A stretch of DNA of 64,000 nt from Gammaproteobacteria bacterium (GTDB lineage Bacteria > Pseudomonadota > Gammaproteobacteria > Acidiferrobacterales > SPGG2). A model generated the notes under the pieces. It had not been told where the DNA came from. It was given only the letters and a program-made list of their open reading frames with translations, and did no database searches. The stretch's first letter is position 1. Each line of letters starts with the position of its first letter. Both the position numbers and the translations under genes were made by a program. Shown here piece after piece: positions 15,663 to 24,055 of the stretch. The stretch is from the NCBI GenBank assembly GCA_029861845.1, contig JAOTYM010000006.1:2710-66709 (forward strand), read 5' to 3'.

Positions 15663-16052
15663 TTAATTGAGGCTATCACGTACACGTTCTAGACGCTTGC
15701 GCACTTCCATACCTAATTCGGCGATCTCCTCGCGATCGACCAAGCCTAACACCGCTGCAGGATCCATAAATGCGACGGTTATCTTACCGTCTTCCTCTTC
15801 CCTGACCACAACATTGCAAGGCAATAGCAATCCGATATCAGGATCGGCGGTCAGGGCCTTATGCGCAAGCGACGGATTGCAGGCTCCGAGGATTCGGTAT
15901 GGCTGTCCTTCGATATCCAGTTTTTCTTTCATGGTCTTCTGCACATCGATATCGGTGAGTACACCGAAGCCCTCATCTTTCAGTGCCTCGGTCACTCGTA
16001 TAACAGCTTTATCGAAGCTTTCCGTCAGTTGAATATTAAATCCATACATCAT
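15663..16052 (-). CDS. DUF302 domain protein
   Basis: 129 aa. '[17 protein letters not shown]...YRILGACNP' and 'LLPCNVVV' match the DUF302 pattern as I recall it. Confidence 0.8.
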   Translation of the reverse strand: MMYGFNIQLTESFDKAVIRVTEALKDEGFGVLTDIDVQKTMKEKLDIEGQPYRILGACNPSLAHKALTADPDIGLLLPCNVVVREEEDGKITVAFMDPAAVLGLVDREEIAELGMEVRKRLERVRDSLN

Positions 16053-16217
16053 TCTCTCCCAGCGGGACTAAGCGCGTTCAGTTTGTTTTGACCTTGCAAA
16101 ATTTATATCTATCTCGCCAGCTTAGACATTGATGTAGGTCAAGGTTCCGTGTTTCGAATCAAGCCCTCACCAAATCAACGTAGGGGCTTACAAGAATCCA
16201 CGCTTCGAAATATCTAC

Positions 16218-16985
16218 CTAATTAAGCTGGCTGGGTATCGGTTTGCTCATGCCCAAGCGCCCCACCCCGGGTAGCTTGATAGCCGGGCGCAAGACATCGA
16301 TGCCGAAACTCATACCCAGCAGATTGAGCTCGAGTCCTTCCTGGCGGGCAGCGAGGACACCGAGCATACCGTACCACGACAGCTGGATCCCGGTGCCGCT
16401 CGGCGCACTCTCCACCAAGCTGCCGTTAGTCAGGAAATCCTTGCCGATGGCGGTGGTTGGCAGATCTAGGGCGAGCTCGGGCACCTCACGCCCGACATGG
16501 GCGGTGAAGGTATTGCTGTTGGGGCCGGGCCAGAGGACGTACTCCCACTCGTAGGGGTAGTTACGTACCGCCTGTTCGATGCGCGGGATAGCGCGCGTAG
16601 CGGCGTCGCCACGCAGCTCGGCGATAACCACTGGCGCATTGCCAAACCAGGAACGATCCGGGGTGTCGGGCGCTGAGATGACCACCGGTAGATTGTGCCA
16701 CTTGCGCCACCCCACGACCTGGTGCACGGTGTAGCCGTCAGCCCCTTCCGGTTTGGTTGCGATCCAGGTATGTACGGCGAAAATACCACGCCAGTTTATG
16801 GCGCGCGCCGCATAAGCCTGTACCACTGCCTCACGAGTCGTGTCTGGGTCGGGTGCAATACCAGTCGGGGAACGGTCGGCCGTGCGCCAATCCTGTCCCA
16901 GGTTGATCTTGCCACAAGCAACCATCAACAACGGGCCTGCCAACAGCACGCCCAAAAACATACCGATACGTTTGAACAATTTCAT
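16218..16985 (-). CDS. DUF3750-like lipoprotein
   Basis: Internal Met at 16985 (MKLFKRIGMFLGVLLAGPLLMVACGK...) has a lipobox. 'FAVHTWIATKPEGADGYTVHQVVGW' and 'WPGPNSNTF' resemble DUF3750 (from memory). Confidence 0.7.
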   Translation of the reverse strand: MKLFKRIGMFLGVLLAGPLLMVACGKINLGQDWRTADRSPTGIAPDPDTTREAVVQAYAARAINWRGIFAVHTWIATKPEGADGYTVHQVVGWRKWHNLPVVISAPDTPDRSWFGNAPVVIAELRGDAATRAIPRIEQAVRNYPYEWEYVLWPGPNSNTFTAHVGREVPELALDLPTTAIGKDFLTNGSLVESAPSGTGIQLSWYGMLGVLAARQEGLELNLLGMSFGIDVLRPAIKLPGVGRLGMSKPIPSQLN

Positions 16986-16986
16986 A

Positions 16987-17051
16987 GTGCTGGCCGAATA
17001 ATACACGATTTGCTAATACGCTCCCTTATCGTGAGTAATGGCGGCCAGCAC
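16987..17051. repeat. Perfect 10-bp inverted repeat (GTGCTGGCCG ... CGGCCAGCAC) with a 45-nt loop between two cistrons
   Basis: The arms lie at 16987..16996 and 17042..17051. The repeat sits between the cytochrome c stop (17070) and the DUF3750 start codon (16985). Confidence 0.85.
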
Positions 17052-17069
17052 TGCCAGCCTTACCAAATC

Positions 17070-17582
17070 CTACTTTTGTGTGATCTGATTTCCTCGGACC
17101 TCTGCATCTATCTGCGCCCACGTGGCGTATTTCTCGTCCGACCAAAGGGACTGAAACCAGGCGATGATCGCTTCCATGTCCTCATCGGACAATTTATCAC
17201 CCCACGCCGGCATGCCGCTTCCTAGTTGTGCGGAGCCGTGCATGATGATGCGTTTAAGAACGGCAGTTGGGTGATACCAAGTGTGCCCAGTCCCGTTAAG
17301 CGGTGGAGCCGGATTCTTAGTCACCGGACCTGTCTTGCTCCATAGAGGACCTCCCTCAGCTCGGGGGCCATGGCACGATGCACAGTTCTCGGCAAAAAGT
17401 TTCGCGCCGCGCGACACCTTTGCAGAGCCCCGAGAGCGGGGGACCGACGGTCGCGCAGCCGCAGGCTGTTGTTGCCAGCCCAATTCCTGCGGCTTGGGCA
17501 TCTCGGAGGCGGTCGGACTTGTGTCGTCGCTGCAGGCAATTAAGAAGAGCCCCGTGATGAGCAGTAAGCTTATTGTTTTCAC
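17070..17582 (-). CDS. Monoheme c-type cytochrome lipoprotein (paralogue 1 of a tandem pair)
   Basis: MKTISLLLITGLFLIACSDD has a lipobox. Other motifs: 'CASCHG', 'PPLNGTGHTWYHP', 'LSDEDMEAIIAWFQSLW'. Confidence 0.82.
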   Translation of the reverse strand: MKTISLLLITGLFLIACSDDTSPTASEMPKPQELGWQQQPAAARPSVPRSRGSAKVSRGAKLFAENCASCHGPRAEGGPLWSKTGPVTKNPAPPLNGTGHTWYHPTAVLKRIIMHGSAQLGSGMPAWGDKLSDEDMEAIIAWFQSLWSDEKYATWAQIDAEVRGNQITQK

Positions 17583-17598
17583 ATACAGCTCCTCATTG

Positions 17599-18105
17599 CT
17601 ACTGCTTGGTCTGGTTGTTACTCACTTCCGCATCCATCCGTGCCCAGGTATCGTAGATTTCGTCCGGCCAAAGGGACTGAAACCAGGCGATGATCGCTTC
17701 CATGTCTTCATCGGACAATTTACCAGCGTGGGGTGGCATTTTGCCGCCTATGGCAATGGTTCCTTCCCTGATAGTGCGTTTTAGAACAGGAGTAGGATGA
17801 TGCCAGGTGTGGGCAGTGCCGTTGAGCGGCGGCGGCGGATATTTGCCATCGGCGCCGGGTGTGCTCCATTGCGGTGTGCCTTGGGCTTGGGAGCCATGAC
17901 ATGACGCGCAGTTTTGCGTAAAAAGCTTTCTGCCGCGCATATCCTTAGCGAAATCGCGTTCGCGGGCAACGGGTGGTTGCGCCGTTTGAATCTTCGCCGT
18001 GCTCTGGCTGTTCGGCATCGTCGTGGGTGAGCCTTGTGGGCTCGGATCGTCACTGCAGGCGGTTAGTAACAGACCTGTTATCAGCAAAAGACTTGTCGTT
18101 TTCAT
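17599..18105 (-). CDS. Monoheme c-type cytochrome lipoprotein (paralogue 2 of a tandem pair)
   Basis: Internal Met at 18105 (MKTTSLLLITGLLLTACSDD). Other motifs: 'CASCHG', 'PPLNGTAHTWHHP', 'LSDEDMEAIIAWFQSLW'. Confidence 0.82.
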   Translation of the reverse strand: MKTTSLLLITGLLLTACSDDPSPQGSPTTMPNSQSTAKIQTAQPPVARERDFAKDMRGRKLFTQNCASCHGSQAQGTPQWSTPGADGKYPPPPLNGTAHTWHHPTPVLKRTIREGTIAIGGKMPPHAGKLSDEDMEAIIAWFQSLWPDEIYDTWARMDAEVSNNQTKQ

Positions 18106-18195
18106 AGGTGAACCTGAATGGGCCGATTGACACGGTAGCAGTAGCCGCGGCACCAAACCGAAGCAGAACTAAAGCGGGATTATCCCTAGTGGCAG

Positions 18196-18549
18196 TCAGG
18201 CACGAGCTTTAGGAGGTCTAGTCGGCAACGATTCCGCGAGCAGCGGTTTGAGCATAGGTGCCGGGGATCCCGGCTGGGCGGAAGAGCATGTAGTGGTGGG
18301 GCAACTGCCCGGGGTTACAGCAACACAATGGGCACAGGACGTGCCGCACTGTCCACAATCCATACCGTGTTCGAAACCGGAGCTCTGTTTGACCGCGTTG
18401 TCATTAGCATTATAGGTATAGCCAGCGACGGCATATCGGTGCACGTTGTGGTAGGTCGCGTCCCCCGAGTGAACTGCAAACACCGATGTTCCCAGAACCA
18501 AGGCGACACTGAAGAGGAAGACTAATATTGGTTCCGAATTCACGGTCAT
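18196..18549 (-). CDS. Hypothetical secreted Cys/His-rich protein
   Basis: 117 aa with an N-terminal hydrophobic signal (ILVFLFSVALVLGTSVFA). A 'CGQCGTSCAHC' cluster is followed by 'GSCPTTTC' and a Pro-rich tail. The SD is weak and I recognise no family. Confidence 0.45.
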   Translation of the reverse strand: MTVNSEPILVFLFSVALVLGTSVFAVHSGDATYHNVHRYAVAGYTYNANDNAVKQSSGFEHGMDCGQCGTSCAHCVAVTPGSCPTTTCSSAQPGSPAPMLKPLLAESLPTRPPKARA

Positions 18550-18806
18550 GAGAATCGAACCTTACGAGGTAATAAGTTCCGTGTCATGTCAAACGGGAAT
18601 CAAGGGTAGCGCCGAATTTGTGACCCTTTTCTGCGAGCCAAACTCAACCATATTGACCCCCAGGGAGCGGTTAGGTTCAGCGCAGCCGGTTATTTGAGGT
18701 CTCCTATAGGCCCAGCAAACTTAGCGAAACGGGAATGCACCACCAGTCGCGGTATTGTGGGGGTGGGTAAAGCAACTAGTAATTAAGAGTGCTTAGCGGC
18801 CTTTGC

Positions 18807-19508
18807 CTACAGTCGCCATACCAAAGCAGCGCGTACTTGCCGTTCGACGCCGTGAAGCGCCTCGTCCTTATCTCCGACGATCGCCATGCTGCCGTTGTTG
18901 GTGGGCACGAGAATGCCCTCAGACCGGTCTCCAGACATGACCTTCGGCCCCGCGATGTGTTTCTCTGGCAGCAACAGTACGACCACGGGGCCCTTATGCC
19001 CCTCCAAGACCAGGTGCGCGCCCCCGTATTCTGAAAAGTCACAGAGGCTTACGTGCCTAATTTTGCCGATTTCACCCTTGAGCTCAGCGCCCACGGTATC
19101 GAGCACGCTCATCAGCTTTTGGTCTGAGACATCTTGCCGTTGTACGAGTGAATCCCACTCCCCATCAAGGTGAGCCATTACTGCTCGGTGGAAAGGGGTT
19201 GTTGATATCACGGTAAACAGGCCGCCCGCGAGACCCAGCGTTAACAACAGACTGGCTGCTATCGCATACCTGCGTGACTTATGCTTGTTTGGAAGTTGGC
19301 CGTTCCGAAGGGACTGTCTCAGAATGATCCGTGAGGCTAGATTCTCGGGGACATCAACGCGCACCGCCTCTACTAGCGTCTTATCAACTTGGCTCATGTG
19401 TGCCGCAAATTCGGCACAAGCTGCACATTCGCGCTTGTGCCGCACAAATTCACTGTCCTGATTTCCAGGCCCAGCAAGACAGCGACGACGAAATTCCAGA
19501 CAGTTCAT
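18807..19508 (-). CDS. DUF3379-type anti-sigma factor (zf-HC2-like N-terminus, one TM)
   Basis: 'MNCLEFRRRCLAGPG...HKRECAACAEFA' is a zinc-finger anti-sigma N-terminus. A TM helix follows (YAIAASLLLTLGLAGGLFTVI), then a periplasmic domain. No sigma-factor ORF lies upstream. Confidence 0.72.
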   Translation of the reverse strand: MNCLEFRRRCLAGPGNQDSEFVRHKRECAACAEFAAHMSQVDKTLVEAVRVDVPENLASRIILRQSLRNGQLPNKHKSRRYAIAASLLLTLGLAGGLFTVISTTPFHRAVMAHLDGEWDSLVQRQDVSDQKLMSVLDTVGAELKGEIGKIRHVSLCDFSEYGGAHLVLEGHKGPVVVLLLPEKHIAGPKVMSGDRSEGILVPTNNGSMAIVGDKDEALHGVERQVRAALVWRL

Positions 19509-19699
19509 GCACTAATCCTAGCAGTCAAAAACCTGCCAAAATTCGGACCCCGAGACCAGTTTTGGCACGTCTCATGCCTTTAATAGACCGGGAAAATGGC
19601 TATACATTACACGCTCCGGACCAGGCATTTTTAGCCTCCCCCCAACCTTCGACACCGCCCCGATATCGGCGTAACAACACCGCCGACCGGCATGAATTC

Positions 19700-20148
19700 T
19701 TGCTAAATAATACAAGCCTGTTTTTAGCCGGGCTTTTCAACGCCTCCTGGCTTCAGCGCGGCGTTCGCTTCCAGGCCAACGTCATGGGTGGTCGCCCCTT
19801 AATCGCTTATGTGCTAGGCGTGGCGTTCACCTTTGGTTGGACGCCGTGCATCGGGCCGGTGCTGGGGGCGATTCTGGCCGTGAGCACGGTTTCGCCGGCT
19901 GTTTCACGCGGCGTCGCCTCACTTGGCGTCTACTCACTCGGGCTCGGCGCACCGTTCCTGCTCGCGGCGCTGTTCAGGGGTGCCTTTATGGGTTGCCTGA
20001 AAGCGATGGGCTACCTCGCGGCCGCCCGTTGCAGATCGGCGCCGGTGTGGTTCTGGTCACCATGGGTATCGCCATGATCACCGGTCAGCTCTCGGTATTC
20101 GCGTATTGGTTGCTGAAAACGTTTCCTGGGCTGGCTACTATTGGATAG
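19700..20148 (+). pseudogene. ccdA: Cytochrome c biogenesis/thiol-disulfide transporter CcdA (DsbD-family) remnant: N-terminal half missing and frameshifted near 20012..20025
   Basis: Frame 2 reads 'LIAYVLGVAFTFGWTPCIGPVLGAILAVS...YSLGLGAPFLLAALFRGAFMGCLKAM'. The expected C-terminus 'IGAGVVLVTMGIAMITGQLSVFAYWLLKTFPGLATIG' continues in frame 1. No first-Cys TM region is present in any frame upstream. Confidence 0.72.
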
Positions 20149-20245
20149 TCGCGTGGAGTTTTTCCGAATGGCGGTTTCGCGCTTGCAAACACCGTAACTG
20201 GCGACGTCATGGATTTCTGTGATATTAGGGATCAAACGGATCGCT

Positions 20246-20758
20246 TCACTCCGCATGTTTCACACTGTCGAGAAACCGAAGGTAGGATTCCGGGCGGCCA
20301 TGCGCTCGCGCGCCTTCGCGAAGCAAGGTGATATAACGCAGTGACGGATTGCCATCCGTTTTCTTGCCATCAGCGATATAAGTGACGGCCTGCAACGGGT
20401 GACCGTTAATGTCCTGCCGGTAGCGCCGGCCCGGCACGCCCTCGGTGGAGTCGAGCTGCAGCAAATCGAGCCGGCTGACCCGGTAAAGCGCGCCCCACAC
20501 CTCCGCCCCCGCGTCAGGCGAAATATTGGCTGGGGCGGCTTTGCCGATTGGGCGTCCTTCCAAATTAAAACGCAGCCGATTGCCCCGCACCCGCCCGGCA
20601 CGCCATTCGATGGGCCGCATACCGCGCCGCTCGCGAAAGGCCTTGTCGTGCATATTGGCACCGAAGGCAAAATACCACACCTGATCCTCCGGTCGGCCGG
20701 TAACACGAAGACCACGAAGCCGATAATAGATCGCGTTACTGCTCTCCGGTAGTGCCAT
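20246..20758 (-). CDS. Gamma-glutamylcyclotransferase (AIG2/GGCT-like) family protein
   Basis: 170 aa. The 'VWYFAFGANM' N-terminal motif and 'EVWGALYRV...LDSTEG' are typical of GGCT-like proteins. Confidence 0.72.
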   Translation of the reverse strand: MALPESSNAIYYRLRGLRVTGRPEDQVWYFAFGANMHDKAFRERRGMRPIEWRAGRVRGNRLRFNLEGRPIGKAAPANISPDAGAEVWGALYRVSRLDLLQLDSTEGVPGRRYRQDINGHPLQAVTYIADGKKTDGNPSLRYITLLREGARAHGRPESYLRFLDSVKHAE

Positions 20759-21044
20759 GGGTGCTTTTCTGAGTGATCACTTCGGAACAACGCTCATAAT
20801 ATTTTCTTTACTCTTTATTTTCTCACTCGCGGCCGCGCTGCGCGTGGCTAGCAGGTCTCGGAGAAAATCACGTTAAGACGCCTCGAAAGCAGTGAGGGTA
20901 AATTCAAGGCTAAAAGCGTGCTTCGACACAACCGGTGCTTAGTACTCCTTGCAGCCTGGATCGTAGGTCAAAAGTGACCAACTTCTTTACACGACCAGGC
21001 GAGATCGAATTGATACCAAGAGCCGGTGCGCCTAGCTATTGTTC

Positions 21045-21356
21045 TCAACCGAGCCAGACACAATCCAAGCCGTCGAGTGCCATATGAATCAACAGGCCGA
21101 CGCCTACAATACGCAATTGCGGGACGGCTACCATTGCGGCATACCCGGCGATCGCAATATACGAATGCAGTGGATGAAAACCTATGCCGCAACGATTTGG
21201 ATCATAGATGGGGGTTGCCAGCAAATGATCGAGGTCCACCGCCATGGTAAGAATCATGATCAGCCATGCCCGTCGCCAACGGGGCCTGAATGCAAGCCAG
21301 GCAACCAGCCCAGGGATGAGGGCATGCAGTATCAGATGAATGATGGCGCGTGTCAT
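21045..21356 (-). CDS. Small membrane protein (DUF6122-like, from memory)
   Basis: 103 aa. 'AWLIMILTMAVDLDHLLATPIYDPNRCGIGFHPLHS' matches my recollection of this family. I prefer it over the antisense ORF 21039..21482. Confidence 0.55.
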   Translation of the reverse strand: MTRAIIHLILHALIPGLVAWLAFRPRWRRAWLIMILTMAVDLDHLLATPIYDPNRCGIGFHPLHSYIAIAGYAAMVAVPQLRIVGVGLLIHMALDGLDCVWLG

Positions 21357-21629
21357 TTCGTCAAAGGCATCAGATCGGATCAGCGCACGCTTGATGGGTT
21401 GATACCGCTAGATAACTCGATTAAAACCCTCAAACGATATGGAGGATATGGTACGGTATGCCGTAGGAACGGTCACACTTGATATACATTATTGGCCCCA
21501 TCGTCGTTTTTGGGCGCACTGGGGGGTCGCCGCTGACCGAAACTTCCTGCTATAGTTAGGGTCGAAACTACCATTCCGGCACCCATTTTCGGCGTTCCTT
21601 GTAGAATCCATCAATTAGGACCTAACTAC

Positions 21630-22367
21630 GTGAAAAAACAGAGTGTGTTGTTGTTGCTGGCTGGATTGCTGGGCTGGCAGCTGGCGATGGCCGAAAAGGC
21701 AATTGCCCCTGAGGTGCTTGAGGCCGTCGAAAACGTTATCCCAGGAATGAAACCCGACCGGGTCAATCCCGCCCCCGTCCCTGGCTTATACGAATTGGTC
21801 TATGGCCCACACATAGTTTACGTGACCGCAGACGGGCGCTACATGGTGCGCGGAGATGTGGTTGATCTCAAGAAACGCGAAAACCTAACCGAAACTAAGC
21901 GTAAGGAGGCCCGTCTCACCGCTATCAACGATCTCGGCGAGGACAGCATGATCATTTTCGCGCCCGAGGCGGCCAAATATTCGGTCACTGTCTTTACCGA
22001 TATCGAATGCGGATATTGCCGTCGACTGCATCAGCAAATGGCCGACTACAATCGTCTCGGTATCACCATCCGTTACTTGGCGTTCCCGCGAGCGGGCGTC
22101 CCCTCCGATACCTATGATCAGATGGTATCGGTGTGGTGTGCCGATGACCCGCAACAGGCGATGACCGCCGCCAAGGCGGGCAAACGCGTAGAGCCCAAGC
22201 AGTGCACGAATCCGGTGCGCAAACAGTATGAACTGGGTCAAGCCGTCGGCGTACGGGGTACACCAACGATGATCCTAGAGGACGGCGAGGTGTTGCCCGG
22301 CTATGTGCCACCGCAGCAGCTGGTGCAAATGCTTGAGTCGCCGAAATCGGCCGGCCTGAGCCGCTAA
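21630..22367 (+). CDS. dsbC: Thiol:disulfide interchange protein DsbC
   Basis: 245 aa with a signal peptide. The thioredoxin-fold active site is 'CGYCRRLH' (CGYC is DsbC-type). An N-terminal dimerisation domain is present. GTG start. Confidence 0.85.
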   Translation: MKKQSVLLLLAGLLGWQLAMAEKAIAPEVLEAVENVIPGMKPDRVNPAPVPGLYELVYGPHIVYVTADGRYMVRGDVVDLKKRENLTETKRKEARLTAINDLGEDSMIIFAPEAAKYSVTVFTDIECGYCRRLHQQMADYNRLGITIRYLAFPRAGVPSDTYDQMVSVWCADDPQQAMTAAKAGKRVEPKQCTNPVRKQYELGQAVGVRGTPTMILEDGEVLPGYVPPQQLVQMLESPKSAGLSR

Positions 22368-22389
22368 GACTTCCCAATCATCCAAGCAA

Positions 22390-22887
22390 CTAACCTGACG
22401 CGCTGTCGGCAATGTTGGCCTTTAGCCAGCGATCGTAGACATCGGGCGGCCACAACACCTGAAACCACGTAATAACGGCCTCAATCTCTTGTTCGTCTAG
22501 TCGTTCCTTGTAGCCCGGCATGGCGGGAATGCCATTTTTAGCCACTCCGTTCTTGATAATTGCGACCAAATCCCGCTTGGGGCGCTTCCAATCGTTACCG
22601 GTACCATTCAGAGGTGGGGCAGCGGTAAACGTGCCGTTACTCGGGGTTTGCCAGTCGGGGTGACCTTCTGCCTCAGGCCCATGGCACTGAAGGCAGTGTT
22701 CACGATAAAGGGTAGCCCCGCGCGTTAGACTCTCAACAGAAAAATCACGGCCAGGGGCAGGCGCGGGTGCTGTCGGCATAGTGGTTACTTGGGGTTCTGA
22801 TTTCACGACTTTGGTGCTTGGTTCCTGTCGGTCGCAGGCGACCAGTGCTAGCGCGCCAAGAACGCCCAGCATCCAGGTGTGCCTCAT
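22390..22887 (-). CDS. Monoheme c-type cytochrome lipoprotein (paralogue outside the island)
   Basis: Internal Met at 22887 (MRHTWMLGVLGALALVACDR). Motifs: 'CLQCHG', 'PPLNGTGNDWKRP', 'EIEAVITWFQVLWP'. It belongs to the same family as 17070/17599 but lacks the His residues of their H-x-W-H-H patch. Confidence 0.8.
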   Translation of the reverse strand: MRHTWMLGVLGALALVACDRQEPSTKVVKSEPQVTTMPTAPAPAPGRDFSVESLTRGATLYREHCLQCHGPEAEGHPDWQTPSNGTFTAAPPLNGTGNDWKRPKRDLVAIIKNGVAKNGIPAMPGYKERLDEQEIEAVITWFQVLWPPDVYDRWLKANIADSASG

Positions 22888-23019
22888 GCGCGTTGCCCCA
22901 TCCATTAGACTTATCGTGGCTCTATATTAATCAGGGCCTAACCCAAATAAAACGATAACACCGACCGCTCGTCAGCCCCCACGCCACTAACCTAATCGCG
23001 CCGATTCAATTGCGCCTAA

Positions 23020-23919
23020 CTACGACCTAGCCGTCAATGTTTTGTAGGCCTCGTAGTACTTTTCCGAAGTTCTGGCGACCACGTCTGGCGGCAATGCAGG
23101 CCCGGGCGCCTTCTTATCCCAATCCAGCGTTTCCAAGTAATCGCGGACATATTGCTTATCAAAACTCGGTGGGCTGGACCCAGGCGTATAGCTATCCGCC
23201 GGCCAGAAGCGCGAAGAATCAGGGGTCAGAACTTCATCAATAAGTGTAAGTGTACCGTTGTCATCAAGTCCAAACTCGAACTTGGTGTCGGCGATGATAA
23301 TGCCGCACCCGAGAGCATGCTCAGCTGCCTCGATATAGAGTTGCAGGCTAATCTGCTTCACCCGCTCCGCCAGTTCAGGGCTGGTCAATTCTGCTGCCCT
23401 ATCGAAACTAATATTATCATCGTGATCGCCAACATCAGCCTTAGTCGAGGGCGTAAAAATCGGCTCGGGTAATTTGTCGGCTTGCAATAAACCGGCCGGA
23501 AGCTCGATACCACATACAGCACCGGTTGCTTGGTAGTCCTTCCAACCGGAACCTATGAGGTAACCACGTACGATCGCTTCGATCGGCAACGGTTTTAGCT
23601 TCCGCACGATCATCGCGCGTCCATCGCGCAGCGCCTGCGCCGCCGTATCAGGCAAAGCAATGTGGTGCGGGTCTGGTATTAGATGATTAGGCACGATGTG
23701 CTGCGTCCGACCAAACCAGAAATTCGATAGCGCCGTAAGTACCCATCCCTTACCGGGGATCGGTGTTGGCAACACAACGTCAAAGGCCGACAATCTATCG
23801 CTGGCAACTATCAGCAACTTGTCGTCGTCGACCCCATAAATATCGCGGACCTTGCCGCGGCTGACCAGCGGGAGTTTTTCTATCTGTGATTCGAATAACG
23901 TCTCCGATGTTTGGTTCAT
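23020..23919 (-). CDS. purC: Phosphoribosylaminoimidazole-succinocarboxamide (SAICAR) synthase
   Basis: 299 aa. '[31 protein letters not shown]' and '[10 protein letters not shown]' are PurC signatures. Confidence 0.93.
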   Translation of the reverse strand: MNQTSETLFESQIEKLPLVSRGKVRDIYGVDDDKLLIVASDRLSAFDVVLPTPIPGKGWVLTALSNFWFGRTQHIVPNHLIPDPHHIALPDTAAQALRDGRAMIVRKLKPLPIEAIVRGYLIGSGWKDYQATGAVCGIELPAGLLQADKLPEPIFTPSTKADVGDHDDNISFDRAAELTSPELAERVKQISLQLYIEAAEHALGCGIIIADTKFEFGLDDNGTLTLIDEVLTPDSSRFWPADSYTPGSSPPSFDKQYVRDYLETLDWDKKAPGPALPPDVVARTSEKYYEAYKTLTARS

Positions 23920-23980
23920 GCCTATCTCATGTCGGTATAGTGGAATCGTTAACAGGGTTACATCTTATATTGATGCCGCG

Positions 23981-23999
23981 AAAAGACCAAACTGGTCTC
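23981..23999 (-). terminator. Possible weak intrinsic terminator after the SGNH hydrolase gene
   Basis: Minus strand reads AGACCA-gtt-TGGTCT followed by TTTCG. The stem is only 6 bp and the T-run is short. Confidence 0.3.
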
Positions 24000-24055
24000 G
24001 CTATACACTCCTAACTTCGAGAATTACTATACCTGACGCTCTTAACCACAACCAG

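Noticed and set aside
16100-16142. A fifth possible MerR-type site (TTGACC on the minus strand at 16142..16137) upstream of the DUF302 gene.
   Set aside because: The sequence after the -35 (TACATCAATGTCTAAGCTGG...) lacks the ACCTGT-N9-ACAGGT dyad. It has no TAnnnT hexamer at the 19-20 nt spacing seen in the four good sites.
18550-18562. tRNA T-loop-like string (minus strand GGTTCGATTCTC).
   Set aside because: The flanking bases cannot form a T-stem, acceptor stem or anticodon arm. I found no cloverleaf, and no other tRNA-like sequence in the window.
19331-20077. 248-aa + strand ORF that looks like a sizeable gene.
   Set aside because: It is a composite. Its first part is antisense to the DUF3379 anti-sigma gene and is non-protein-like. 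Only its last ~100 codons are CcdA-like, and the true CcdA C-terminus continues in another frame. I interpret it as a pseudogene remnant rather than an intact CDS.
21039-21482. 147-aa + strand ORF.
   Set aside because: It is antisense to 21045..21356, whose translation matches a remembered small membrane-protein family (DLDHLLATP...GFHPLHS). The + strand product has no features.
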